From the NCBI RefSeq assembly GCF_009914755.1, contig NC_060930.1: 64,000 bases of DNA. One strand, written 5' to 3'. The position numbers and the translations under genes are program-made. The notes under the pieces were generated by a model. It did no database searches, was not told the DNA's origin, and saw only the letters and a program-made list of their open reading frames with translations. Numbering within the stretch: the stretch's first letter is position 1; every line of letters begins with the position of its first letter. This document shows positions 32,360 to 46,333 of the stretch, piece by piece. This stretch comes from the human T2T-CHM13v2.0 reference genome, Homo sapiens.

Positions 32360-33963
32360 ATTAGCATCCCCATTTTGCAGCTGAGAAGACTGAGGACGGC
32401 TGAGCTCAAGCTGCCTGCCTGATGGCACCCAGTCGAGACACAGCTTTTCCCCATTGTGCTGTATTGCCTCACTGGGCCAATTTAAATTCAACAACAGAGA
32501 CCCGCATCGTGCTGTACGCCAGAGGCACAGAGCTATCAGGGAGGAACACGGAAGACAAGTGCAAGGGAACAATGGCCCGGAGGGGACATCTTTGTGGGGG
32601 AGGGGTAGGAGGGCAGAGCCCTAAGACCTCAACCAAGAGGTCTCCATGATGGACCCTGGTGGCAAACTGAAGGTCAAAACAAGTAGCCTAAAGCCCAAGG
32701 GAGAGGCCTTTGTAGGGGAGAAGGAGAAGTGTCTTCTTTGTTAAAGGGTCAGGGATTGGGCCTGGACCCAAGAGCTAGGCACAGCTCGGTAACAGCAAAC
32801 GTGCGCAGACCAACCTCTAGCTACACAAAAGATGAATAAGAATGCTTCGGAAATATTCAAAGCAGTTGACCCAGGTCTCCATTGAAACATAAATGAGGTC
32901 AAGCTCTGGGAACCACTGCTGGTAGTTTTTTCAGATTCTTTAGCAACCTTGTAATTTTCCCAATGTCGGTAATTTTTAAAACTCTTTGACCTTTCTATAA
33001 CCAAAACTCCTATGTCCTTTTTCTAATTTGTGTTTGTTTTGGAGGCAGCAGGGATGAGGAGAGATTGGGGAAGCTGTGCCTGGCTCTGCAGTGGGCCCTG
33101 GAAGAGGCTGGCAGAGACACTGGGTGCAGTAGGCACCTCCATGCTGGGGGCTGGCCGAGGAGAAAAGAGACAGGTGGGAGGGGGCTGGGTGGATGGCAGC
33201 TCCCTGGAGACGCCATAGGACACAGGGGATGGACACAGTTCTTTTTAGACTCCCAGCACTTCACTCTTAGCCCCAAGGAGGATCTGTGTCATATAGAAAT
33301 TCGTGGTAGCATTAGGGAGAAGCCGCGCACTTACCTCTTTATCACAAGTGCAGTTTAAATTAAATTAGGAAGGAGAGACTACAAGCTTTGCAAAGCTCCC
33401 TTGTAAGAATCTGGGGATCAGAGACACTTGACAGCTGAAATCACCTGAGGCTTGTTATTGCCAAGGGTGAGCACGGGTTCCTGAAATAGTTGGTTGAAAC
33501 TGCTGGGCCCAGGAAGCTTCTGGTTACCGTGCAGGTCAGGCCCAGGTAGAGCAAACGGTGAAGTTCACTTAGTAGGAAGGTTTCTCCCCAGCTCTGGGGC
33601 TTCCTGTTGATTCTTAAAGGGGAAAAATATATGGTGAATGACAAAGATTTTTAGTTTTGTGATGTCGACCAGTAATTTAATTCAATTCCAATAAGAAATA
33701 AATAACAGATCCAAGGACCCTCTTATTTTGAAATGTTTTCTAATATTTTCCAGTGGTTAGCATTACTCAGAACCAGGGTATTTTCTTTAACAATTCAGAT
33801 CTTGCAAATGATTTCAAATGGGGCACAGAATCTGAAGCTGCCTGGCACCAACACGAACTCTAGGACATAAAGGAGGGCTGGACCTGCCTGACACTATGGG
33901 GTGGAAAAACAAGCTAGACCTTGAGCCGGCAGGGCAAGAACTGGTGCACAGGCCATGAAATAC

Positions 33964-34026
33964 TGTGTGCGTGTGTGCGTGTGTGTGTGTATGCGTGTGT
34001 GTGTGTGTATGCGTATGTGTGTGTGT
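33964..34026. repeat. Compound (TG/CG/TA) alternating repeat
   Basis: tgtgtgcgtgtgtgcgtgtgtgtgtgtatgcgtgtg... Confidence 0.9.
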
Positions 34027-34267
34027 TTAGAAAACTTTTGAAAAGCAAAACTGCTTTTAGGTTCACTTTCCAGCAAAGGAGAATTTTTTTTTGGTGGGGG
34101 GGAAGGGAGGACAATTTCCTTTATCGAAATTTTTTCCTTTGCTCTCTTTTTCCTCATGTAATCCCTATTTCCTTTCTTGAATGAATGCTGTAAAGATAAA
34201 GTTGAGACTATGGAATACAATGTCAAATGAAGGGTAAATAACAATGAGAAATTGTATGTTAGCAATA

Positions 34268-34591
<324 letters not shown>

Positions 34592-37500
34592 TAAGATGCT
34601 AGGAAAGTCTTACATCCAGGAAGTTCGACAGTAGACATCAAGAACAAGGTTATGGGGTGTTCATGTTGCACTCATATGCATATGTTATATTATACATAAG
34701 AAATTCTATCACATCACACCAGCAGGTTTCAAGTTTAGCGTAACTCAGGGCCCCTCAGAAACTCTGCATGGAGAGGCTGTGGGGAGGATGGGAAAGGACC
34801 CACAGACCACGATGAGGACAGAGAGAATGGGAGAGGGCTGAGGCAGGAGCTGCTGAACTTGAGGCTTGAGGCGGGGGAAGCACGAAGAGGGAAGGCTTTG
34901 TGCTGAATTCAGATTTGTGTGGCTTACTAAGTGAACGGCAGCTCAGTGCTGTGATGGTGATCTTGCTTCGGAGAAATCTGGTGTGAAAACAGATCATCTA
35001 AGTTTTTGCTGTGGTCTCTGGCATTACCTTTACTTAGTGCATTATCACTGCACACAAGGTACACAATAAGTCACTTTTGTAAAAATAGATTTCAAGAGGA
35101 AAATTCTTACCAAGTTCCTTATAATGTCAGGGATTCAATTATAGTTCAGACTGAAGCACGTCCCCAGGTATCTATTGGTAATGTGTCGCCCTCTTGGTGA
35201 GCAAGAAAACATATGATGCAAATAGAAATTTTGTTCAAGATTAGTATTACAATGGGGTATGTGATTCGCGGTGAAGCAAGACTCATAATTGAATCCCAGA
35301 AAGGTTTATTTGAAAGCTTTTTCCTTTCAACTACCTTGATTTAATTGTGTGTGTCCTGGCCTTCATTTGGAGATGAGGCTCTGAAAGCCACTTTGTTACC
35401 TTGAAAACCACTGAGAGAAAGTCCTGACTCCATTGGTAAGTTTTCTGGAGGCTACAGGTGTGGCCCAGGGCTGGGAGGTGGTGACAAGACTAGGAGGTGC
35501 AGAAGTCATAATTTTAAGGACCTAATCTCGTTGAAGCGAAATTTCTAGGGGGTTACCAGGAGAGATGAAGCTGATTTCAAGGCACGTGCAGGGAAGGTAG
35601 AAGGAGCCACTGCTGTCTAGCTGCTTCCTGCGTGATCTAGTAAAACAAACTTGCAGAAGCCACTAGTGAAGTACGTATATTTTTGTCTCTCCACTTTCAG
35701 ATTTTAGGTGATTCAAAATAAGGGCTATGTTTTCCCATGGTATCTGATTAAAGCTTGTTGCTATTGCTTTCCAAGTATCTAGTGAAGTAAGCCAAAAGCA
35801 TGGTTTGCTGAGTGGGCAGGTGGGGCAGACCCCCTTCTGGCTCCTTCACTCTCCTACACTGCTGCGGTGGCCACCTCGGGGCAGGGATTGGAGAAAGCCC
35901 TTGAGCTGGCATAATGCAGCCCAACAGTTGCTTGGACATCACAGTTTAAACCCTGGGTTAGCCCACAACTCTCTGTGCTAGAATATCATCATGGAATCTA
36001 ACAGGCGTGGTGAGCTCCTGGACCTTCCGGAAGACGGGATCTCCTAAGCTCCCTCCACTAACTGCCAGGCCCACTGTTTCTAGGGCAGGCGCAGGAGGGA
36101 GGCAGCCTCTCCTTTTCCACTTGGTCCTGCAATGACACAGTGGCTTTCAACACTGGGTCTTGGTGGCGACCCCTGGCCAGCTTTAGAGCAAGTGTTGTTG
36201 CTGCTGACAATGGGGCCAGCCCAGGACTGAGGCTCCTTTTCATCAGGCTGTTTGTCCCTTTACGTCCTAGTGTCAGCAGTCCTGGGAACAGGAAACGGTT
36301 TGTGCAATAGGAAGCAGCAGAAAACTGATGACTAAATACTTTTGAGCTTTGTGGAGAAAATTTCAACGTAGAGAGATTGCACACATCCCAAAATACGTGT
36401 GTACGAACTGGAGCCCTATCCAGGCCTCCTTTTCAATTCTTAAAATGATGCTATTTATTGAAAGCTTACCATGTCCCAGGCATGCAGTGAGGCACCCATG
36501 CCATCCTAACATCCTTATGCTGCACCACCTTACCTTACAGGCAAGAAAAGAGAGGTGCAGAGAGTTTACGTTGCTTTTAGCAAGTGACAGGGTCGAGATT
36601 TGAACCTGGGACCTCTTCAGTGACTTTTCTGGATCCTCCTGCTCTGCAGCTGCCTCGGAGGACCAGCAAATTCTTCAGGAAAAATGTTTCAGGACTTTCC
36701 GTCCTTGTTTCAGGACCGTTCCTCTGCATTATCTGTGAGAAGCGTTTCTATAGTCTTGGCACATAGTTATGCTGTGGGGCTAAGGTATTATTATTTCATA
36801 TTTCAGTGCAGAAGGAAGTACTTATTAAAAGGCCCCAAACCAGTTGTCTGAGCCTAGAGATGAAAGGCCTCCTTCCCGCACCGGCCTGGGTGCTGAGTGG
36901 CCCTGACGCCAGGCCAGCCTGCCACTTACAGTCTGAGACTTGTGTCTGCTCCCTCTTCCCAAACACAGAGGCAGGGCCTGGCTGGGGCCATCTGATGAAG
37001 TGCCAGTGTGCCTTCATGAAATCAGGCATGGGACTGACTGAAAAGCTGAAATCTGGTGAGCTGAGGGGGAGGAGAAGGTCAAGTCTGGCTGTCGGTCTAC
37101 AGAGGTCAAGGACCTGGCACAGAGCAGGGCCTGCTGCCTCTGCCACCAACAGCCAGGCACCCAGAGAGGAACTGGAGGAGAAGGCGGCTCGCTGCTGGCA
37201 GGTCAGCTGATGGGAGAGTTTACAAGACTGTCTTTGAACTCCTCGCATGCAAGCCCTTCTTCTCCTTCCTGATTCACATTTAAGTTTGCGTTCCTGATCC
37301 CCTCACATTCTTTCTGCTCCTTTAACAGCTTCACCTGGACACAGAAAGGACAGAGGCAGGAGCAGGGCCACGTCCCTCTGTCGATCACAGCTTTAGCTTT
37401 CAGTTTCTCACGGCTGCTTAATTCCCAGCTCACACTATCAATATAGGGCACGCATTTTAAAACTGTTAAATAAAAACAGCTGCTCATTTCACTATGCCAC

Positions 37501-38314
37501 ATTTTCTTTCCAACTCAAAAGGATGCTCACTACCAATGGATACTGAGAAAAATACAGTGTCATTAATGTCAGTTAATCAAGTTGGTGGTCCTTGAAGATC
37601 TATAAAATGTAACTGTAACACATTTTACAGATTGGCTTAGACAGAATAACTAGGAAATAATAAATGCTAGCATCATCAGTATTACTTGTACAGCTCAGCA
37701 AAGGAACGCAAATGGCTACACAGGACTGGGGAAGAACAGAACAGAGATATTTCTTTGTGTGAAATACAGAGTTTATCATAAGGAGGAGAATGAATCACTT
37801 TTCATCTCTGGCAGCAACCTGTTTTTTTAACATATTATTTATGGAAAATAGAAAGCAAAACTGAAGCCTTTGGTATTTCATTGCCACTGGATAAATGTCA
37901 TTTGTATAAACCTTTCTAAATTTGGATATATACCCAAAGAACCTACATGTATCTTAGACAAAAAACTATCCACTTTCATTACATTTAGTAAAAACTCATA
38001 AGCCCAGGATTAATGGACATAAAGATATGAAATAAAATAATTTTCTAAATATGCAAAGAAGCCCATACAAACAGAAGTAATAATCAAAAAGTTGTAACAG
38101 TTGGTCCAGCACAGGCATAAATGATCAGTGTCTGCCAGCCCTGATGGGGTCAGGGTGCCAGGCATCTTGCCTTTGGTTGCTGGGTTAGGGGGGTCCCGGG
38201 GCTCCGGAAGAGGGCCTGGGTAGTATGGCTCAGAGCAGTGACTGCTCACTGAGTGGTGTGGGAATCTTTCAAAATTTAAAAACTGAAAAGGCTGTACTGG
38301 TGTGTACTGCTTGA

Positions 38315-38645
<331 letters not shown>

Positions 38646-39294
38646 TGCTTTTAATCTTATATCTGAATAAGTAGTGAACAATTCTGATAAAATATCATTG
38701 CTATACAAACTCTTCAATGTTAAAACCAGAGGCGCTCATTTTCTAACCTGTTATAGATTCAGAGGACTATGGATTCCCTGGCCTAGTTGCCACAAATGCT
38801 GTTTCCTGCTGAGTAAGACATTGCTTACACTCCAAAATACTTTGCAAGAATCACTGAATTACATTGCAAAATATGAACACACAGCATCAAACACTACCTG
38901 TCATTGAAGGCAAAGAAATCTTTTGGATTTTCAGATGCTATGAGCAGCTTACATGGCTGCTTCCTCTCCTTAGAGTCCAAGTATGTCTCTGTGTTTTTTC
39001 CTTTTTTTCTTTTGTTCATTCAAAGAAGTAATTATTTAAAGTAGACTACTTGTAAAGCATTTTAAGAGCAGAAAGAGGAATAAGACCTGAATTCTACCTT
39101 TAAGGAATTTTTATGCTCTACTTGTAGTAAGTTTCTTCATCAAGAGCTCTAGATGAAATTTTTTAGTGCTCCACTTTCTATTAAGTTGTAGTATGTTTAA
39201 AAAAATAAGAAAGATTTGATTTTAATTCTTTGGAAATTACAAAAATGTAACATTTTCAGCCAAATGTGTTGCCTAAGGGAAATAAAAATTCTTA

Positions 39295-39355
<61 letters not shown>
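39295..39355. repeat. (GT)8(AT)16(AC)6 compound microsatellite
   Basis: Read directly from the sequence. Confidence 0.95.
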
Positions 39356-41943
39356 AAGAATTTATAGTTCTTTATATATATTTATATATAATATACATAA
39401 TATATAATATATATCCATATTATTTATTTATTACTTATTTCAACAAGTTGTGCAAAATTGGACACCTAAAGGTTTTTATATTAATTTCTTATTGCTATTA
39501 CATGACCATCCATCTGCATACAGGGTTATCCTGGGTGCAGAAATAAAATTACAACAAGGTCAATTTGCTAATCTTAGTGAGGATATTTTATTTAGAATCA
39601 CAGAATTTTAAACCTTCGAATGACTTTGGAGATCACTTAGTTCAACTCGGATTCAGGGTTACTTACGCAGTGCTACACAACTTATTAGCATAGAACGAAT
39701 AAGGCTTTTTATACCTAGCACAGCAATCCTTTCTCTATACACCATCAGCTAGAATACTGGAAAAAAGAGACTCAAACGCCACAGGTATTTTAATTAAAGT
39801 ACAGCTCCTGAGGTACCCAAGTTTAACTTACAGAAAGGTCAACAGTGTGCCTTCCATCACTCAGGACTCCGAAGGTCTGCCTTGAATCCTGTCCTGAATT
39901 CAGTAGCTGCCACATGAGTCACATTATGTAGTTAACCCTCTCAGCCTCTGCTTCTTCAGCGGTAAAATGAGGATAATTATTAACTCAGAGTTGCTGCATA
40001 CTCAGTAACTGAAGTGCCCGAAGGTTGATCGGGACTCTATAAATGTCAGTCTTTTTTTTGGTCTTTCCTTGGTCTCACTGGGAACTCAGTTAAGAACGCA
40101 TTAATATACAGAAATTACTGGAAAAGTACATTTAGGCTCTAAGTTAAATTTTAGTAAAGGATAATGGCATTTGATTAAATGTCTGGGACATGAATAGTCA
40201 TTCCCCTTGTTGGTAAAATGGTCACCCATATTAACTTTTAAAACTAACTCATAGACTATAAATCCAACATATCCATTTAGTATGTTAAAAAAAATCTAAT
40301 CACAGATGCATCCTAAAGGGTCCCAAATCTGAAGGAAAAAAATAAAATAAAATAACAATCAACCCAATCCAGGAGAGCACCTGTGAAATTGTCTTGCAAT
40401 CATAAAACCAAGCATCAGTCTGGGAGTAGATCAAAACAAAATGCATTTGTAACTCACTCTCACCTTCCTGTGATTGACAGACAGTTATTTTTTAGGTGGT
40501 TTCTGTTTAAATATGGAATGAAGGTTGGATTATATAGCACAAGGACCTGCATCCTGGCTGAGAATGTTTTTACCTCTAAAGTTTCATTTAGGGTCAAATG
40601 AGTAGAAACCTTACACTGTCAGTTACCGTTTAACCGTTGTGCAGTAGTTTAAGCTAAATGTTAGTACTACATCTGGAATGATCATGTCAGTGGCTTAAAA
40701 AAGCAGCACAGTTACCATTAGAACAGCTGTGAAGAGCAATGCCTTTCATTTTACAAATGTTGTATTTGTACTAGTAGATATAAATAAGGTTCACTGAGAG
40801 GAATCCATGTTACTATCTAATTTGTTCATTTCTTTATATTAAAAAAAAATTCCTTTTGAGATCAGCCTGGGCAACAACCTAGGGAGACCACCTCCCCCCT
40901 GACCGCCCCCCGCCCCCGCCGCCATCTCCGCCCACTCCCCATCCCAACACACACACAAATCCCAAGGCTCTTCCCCTACAAACACTCTAGTTTGATGTTC
41001 AAGGCCAACCAAAATCTGGCATCAAATACTCTCTGTGGAAACTCCTACCCTAACACCTCGTACTTTTCCACTTCCCAAGTTCTGTCATTGCTGTCTCCCA
41101 ACACTCTTTGCTCCGCCTCGAGATCAAATCCACCTCCCCGGTGTGGTCTTACAATGGCTTCCGGGCAGGCAATGTTGGTGCTCACCGGTATTTTCACAGC
41201 ATTTTTGTCTTTAGCCTTTACGTGGCAGTTATTAGTTAACTTTTTAAATGTACCTGCACATGCTATTAACTCCCAGCTCAGCCTGTAAATGCCTTAGGGT
41301 TAATGATATGCATTTACATATAACAGGTACTGGAAATATTTAAGATATTCACATTTGAAATGTTTCATTTTCAATCTTTTAAATAGTACCTGATAAGCCA
41401 TCTCACAATTTAAAAGTAAAAAAAATTTTAAAAAGTAAAAAAAAAAAAAAAAAAGCGCCATCTCGTAATTTAAAAGGATGCTCAAATCTATTAAGACAAT
41501 AAACAATTATTTTGCGAAGATACCAAGAATGCCCCAATTCCTTTTAGGAAAATCTAAAGACTAAGATTTTTAAAAAGAACACTGGGACAAAAAGCCATAA
41601 AACCCTAAATCTTATATCCAAGGAACATTATAGTTCTTTCGAGAACTCTATGGTGATAAAGAAAGGTTTGGAATACTGCAAATTTCTATTTTAAATGTTA
41701 AGAATAGCAATAAGCAAATAGAGCCAATCAAATTTAACAGAATAGAAAATATGTTTCCACGCCTGGTTAATTACTGATGTTAGAATGTGGAACCATTTTT
41801 AGTGTCAACATATTAGATGACAATTTTTCACAGTGAAAAAACCTATTATAGGGATCTTCAACTGGAGGCTCATTCTGTATATATACTCACTACATGTTGT
41901 AATTTATTTTCAATACTGTATTAAGATAACATTTTTGTAATAA

Positions 41944-42255
<312 letters not shown>

Positions 42256-42399
42256 CCTCTGCAGCTACTTACTCCTCCTAAGCATCAGCCCTCTCATCTC
42301 TGAAATATGGCTCTTCCTGCCTACCTCAAATATTGGCTGTAAGGATGAAAATAAACAATGAAGATAAGGGTTTTGCAGAGCTTCTGGTCCATAACAAGT

Positions 42400-42985
42400 A
42401 CTTAATACTTCTTTTGGACATATATTTAATAAGTGCCTACGTGTACCATATGCTGATCTAGGTGTTGGAAATTCCTAATAGAAGAAACTCCTTTTTCTCA
42501 TGGAGCTTACAATGTTGATGCCAGTGGCAAACGAGTTGACCCATTGTTACGTGGAAACAAATGGTATGAAAAGAACCTGGGGTAAGCAGATGGAAGAAGG
42601 GAGGAAGTGTTTGCGTGCACAAAGGCGCCATTTTACATAGGGTGTTAAGGGACACCTTCTAAAGATAAATAGGGGCAGGGGTCGCCGATGTATGGGGAAA
42701 AGCTTTCCGAGGAGAGCAAACACCAAGGGCAGAGTCCTGGGGAGGGTAAGCATGCTTGGAATATTTAAGGATCCAGACGGATTCCACGGGGGTGCAGCCA
42801 AGTGGGCTGTGGGAGGAGAAGGACATAAGGTCAGTGATGCACCAGGGGCACACCTGTCGTCTTGCAGGACTTGGTAAGCTCTTCGGATTTTTTCTTTCTT
42901 TCCTTTTTTTTTTTTTTTTTTTTGAGATAAGAAACCATTGAGGGACTGTCAGGAAATGAGGTGATCTACATAGATTTGAAAAGGT
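42400..42985 (-). mobile_element. L2 relic
   Basis: atttaataagtgcctacgtgtacca..ctaggtgttgga..ctcatggagcttacaat..gaaaccattgagggac pattern. Confidence 0.6.
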
Positions 42986-42990
42986 AACCT

Positions 42991-43298
<308 letters not shown>

Positions 43299-43524
43299 CT
43301 ATTATCAAATGCTGTAACCGTAAGTGATTTAATACATAGGAAATGAAAATTGCCTATCATTGTTCTTTAATCTGGTTTAAGTGGTTGAGCCTTATGACAC
43401 TGCCATTTCTATGGGTCAAAAATGGTGGAATATTGTCATAAAATTCAACCTGATTTAAAGGATAGGGCAAGGAAAAAAAGCAAAAAAAAAAAAAAAAAAG
43501 CTTTAGAATAAAATATAATTGGAT

Positions 43525-43710
43525 TATAATCCCAGACACAGGACTCACTAGCTATATTCTTGGGCAAGTTACTTAACTTCATCTTTCTTGGGTTTCCCCT
43601 TATTTGTAAAATGGGGATAACAGTCTAACCTAAGCCCAAGTTGTACTGATGATTAAACGAGATATGCATGTAGGGCATTCAGCATAGTGCCTAGGAGCTT
43701 AATAAATAAG
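43525..43710 (+). mobile_element. MIR
   Basis: cttgggcaagttacttaac...tttgtaaaatggggataa...agcatagtgcct. Confidence 0.75.
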
Positions 43711-44230
43711 CAGGCCATTAAGAAGGGGATTGCATCTTTTACACTAGCAGCATCAAAACCTTGATTTTGATTTTTCTAGGTACTGAAACAGCCTTCATTA
43801 CTTAGAGACCATAGCTTTTTTGCAAGTTACTATTCCCTGCATTTAGAAAGTTCATCTTTAAACAGGCAATTCAGTAAGTAAATATTCTATGGCTCTAAAA
43901 CAGATACGGCTGTTGGAGACTTTAAAACATCTGACAGTTACATTTTTAATGTTGTCTACCAAGGCTATTACATTTCCTCTGTCAAAGTAACTTAATTTTA
44001 AAAACGAACTCTGTGCTTGTTAAACGAAAAGGCCAGAAGGCTACTGGCTACTCAGCGTTCATTTGAAATTCTTATAGTGCCTTCAGTACAATTCAAACTT
44101 AGAGGTGATTCTCACAATTCATGTGAAGCAACATTTTACAAAAAAAATCACCTACGTTCACTGTTAAGTCAGAAGACAGAATGATTAACAAAATCTCAGC
44201 CGCGAATTACTCTCACGATGGCCAACTGGA

Positions 44231-45116
44231 TATTAAATAACTCTGCATTATTTTAATGGAATGTTATAAAGGATTTGCAACAAAATGCAGACGTAGATTT
44301 AGGGACTGCCGACTTCTATAGATCAAGGACTTCATTGGTGCAGCTGAGGAAATTCTTCCAAACAAGTCTAAATGTTGGAAATCCACCAAACTGCAGAGAA
44401 AGACCTCTTGCCTCCGTATTCTTTCTTCATCTGTAAAAATGTTGACTTCTGCTTTTCAGACTACGCGCACAGCCTCTTTATTTCCTACTGCGGCTTCATT
44501 CCCTCACGGAACACTGACGCCATCGCGAAGGAAGCATTTCGAGCACGACTGACGCTCCCCTTATTATTTGCTAAGCCGCTGCGCTCGGGTCTGGCTACGA
44601 TTTGCTTTCAGAATAACGGGAAGGTGCAACAAGATCGCTTCCCTAGAGGCGCGTCGCCCGCGTGGCCCGGACCCCCCACGCCCGCCCGCCGCCCCGTGGG
44701 TGCGCACGCGTGTCCGCGCAGGCTTCCCGCCTGGCGAGTGCAAGGCTCCTCTCCGCCGTGCTGCTTTCCAGCCTCTCAGCAAATCACGAACACCGAAAGA
44801 AGCCACGGCGGCGACGGGAGGGGCGTCGCGCGTGCTTCCCTCGGCGACAAAGCGGGAGCCGGGCGCGCCGGCCGAGGGCGCCCGGCGCAGAGTCCCGCAG
44901 AGGCGGACGCCGCGGCACGCGCCTCGAAAAGCCTCAAACTCTTATCCTCGGCTCTCCCGCCCCACCTCCGCCCCGCAGCCAAGACCCGCGCCGTGGCGGG
45001 CCCGACGGCCAAGGAAAGCCCACCAGCCCTCCGCACCGTGGGCGACGGGCCAAGACCCGGCCCTAAACGGCCAGACCCAGCCCCTAGTCGGCTGCCGCCC
45101 CCGCCCCACGCAGGCG
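44231..45116 (-). ncRNA. CAHM: CAHM lncRNA (colon adenocarcinoma hypermethylated), divergent to QKI; limits approximate
   Basis: From recalled annotation, CAHM is a ~0.9-kb transcript head-to-head with QKI. In the sequence, a minus-strand ATTAAA (tttaat at 44252-44257) lies about 20 nt before the inferred 3' end, and the 5' end falls in the CpG island. Confidence 0.7.
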
Positions 45117-45840
45117 CGCTCCGGGGCCCTCCCCTCCCCCACCGCGCGCTCGCGGGGCCCGACGGGGGCGGAGCGACCCTCGGAAGGGGCGTGGCGACCG
45201 GGCTCGACGCGCGCACGCGCTCTGGAGCCCCACGGCTACGTGTCGGGCCACGTGATGCCCACCCCGAAAGTCCCCCGTGAAGCAACAGGACGTTAAAAAA
45301 AAATTTCTCTTCTGCGGGGTGGATAAGAGGTTCTGAAAAAACTATAGTAACGGGAGGCGAGGCGGAGGCAGCGCTGGCGCGTCCCGCTGGAATTCCTCTC
45401 GCCTGCCGCGCCAGCCCCGACCGCGCCCGCAGCCCCACCCGCCCCGTGCCGTGGAAAGCCCCGCGCCCCCCCCGCGGCCGTCGGCCCCGCAGCCCACACC
45501 CACCCGCCCCGGGCGCCCCGCACGGCGGCGACCCAGTCCTTGCGCCCAGGCCCGCCGAGCGCCGCAGTCCGTCACACTCCCGTTGCCCCCGTCGCCCGCC
45601 CCGCCGGGGAGGCAGGGAGGAGGGGGCGCGGCGCCGGCGGCTGCCCCGGTCGCGGGGCGGCGGGCAGCAGGCAGCGGGAGCGCGCCGGCCGGGACCCGCT
45701 AACGGCCGCCCTGCGCGGCCCCGCCCGCCGCCCGCCCCCGGCCCTCCCCGCGCCGCTGCCCCTCCCCCCGCCGCCGCCGCTGCTGCCGCCGCCGCTGGCA
45801 GCGCCGCCTGAACTGAGGCGAACTCCGCCGCCAAGTGAGT

Positions 45841-45882
45841 GAGGAGGAGGAGGAGGAGAAGGAGGAGGAGGAAGAGGAGGAG
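45841..45882. repeat. (GAG/GGA)n purine repeat near the QKI TSS
   Basis: gaggaggaggaggaggagaaggaggaggaggaagaggaggag. Confidence 0.9.
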
Positions 45883-46309
45883 CGCAGTCGGAGCGCGGCG
45901 GCAGCGGCAGAGGCGCCGCGGCGGGGACCAGCCCAGAGAGACCCCCCGAGCCCGCGGCACAGGCGGCGGCGGCGCTGAGCGGGCTCGACCAGCCGAGCGA
46001 GCGGCGGCCCCGGCTCCTCCTCGTCCGGCGCCAGCAGCCCGCGCCCCGCGCCCGCACTCGGCCAGCCGAGACCCGCCTCCCGCCCGCCCGCCGGCCTCGT
46101 GAGGGACGCGCCGAGCCGGGCGGCCGAGAGCGGCGGCGGCTGGGAGCGCGTCGGGCCCGGGCGGAAAGTGCCTGCGGGGGGCGGGCGAGCGCGCGGTGCC
46201 GGCCGCCCCGGGGCTCGGCGCGGGAGCCAGAGCGGGAGCCGGCGCGGAGCGGGACGCCGGGTCCCGAGCGGCCCGCGGCCGGGGCTCGCCCCCGCCCCTC
46301 CCTCCTCTC

Positions 46310-46333
46310 CGGCGGCGGCGGCGGCGGCGGCGG
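46310..46333. repeat. (CGG)8 in QKI 5'UTR
   Basis: Uninterrupted CGG tract ending 26 nt before the ATG. Confidence 0.92.

Noticed and set aside
35184-35201. CTCF-like site (reverse CACCAAGAGGGCGAC)
   Set aside because: Mismatches at conserved 5' positions of the core. It cannot be supported without a PWM scan or ChIP data.
44564-44806. 80-aa ORF within CAHM as a micropeptide
   Set aside because: It starts at GTG, has no recognisable homology, and its length is unremarkable for GC-rich DNA.
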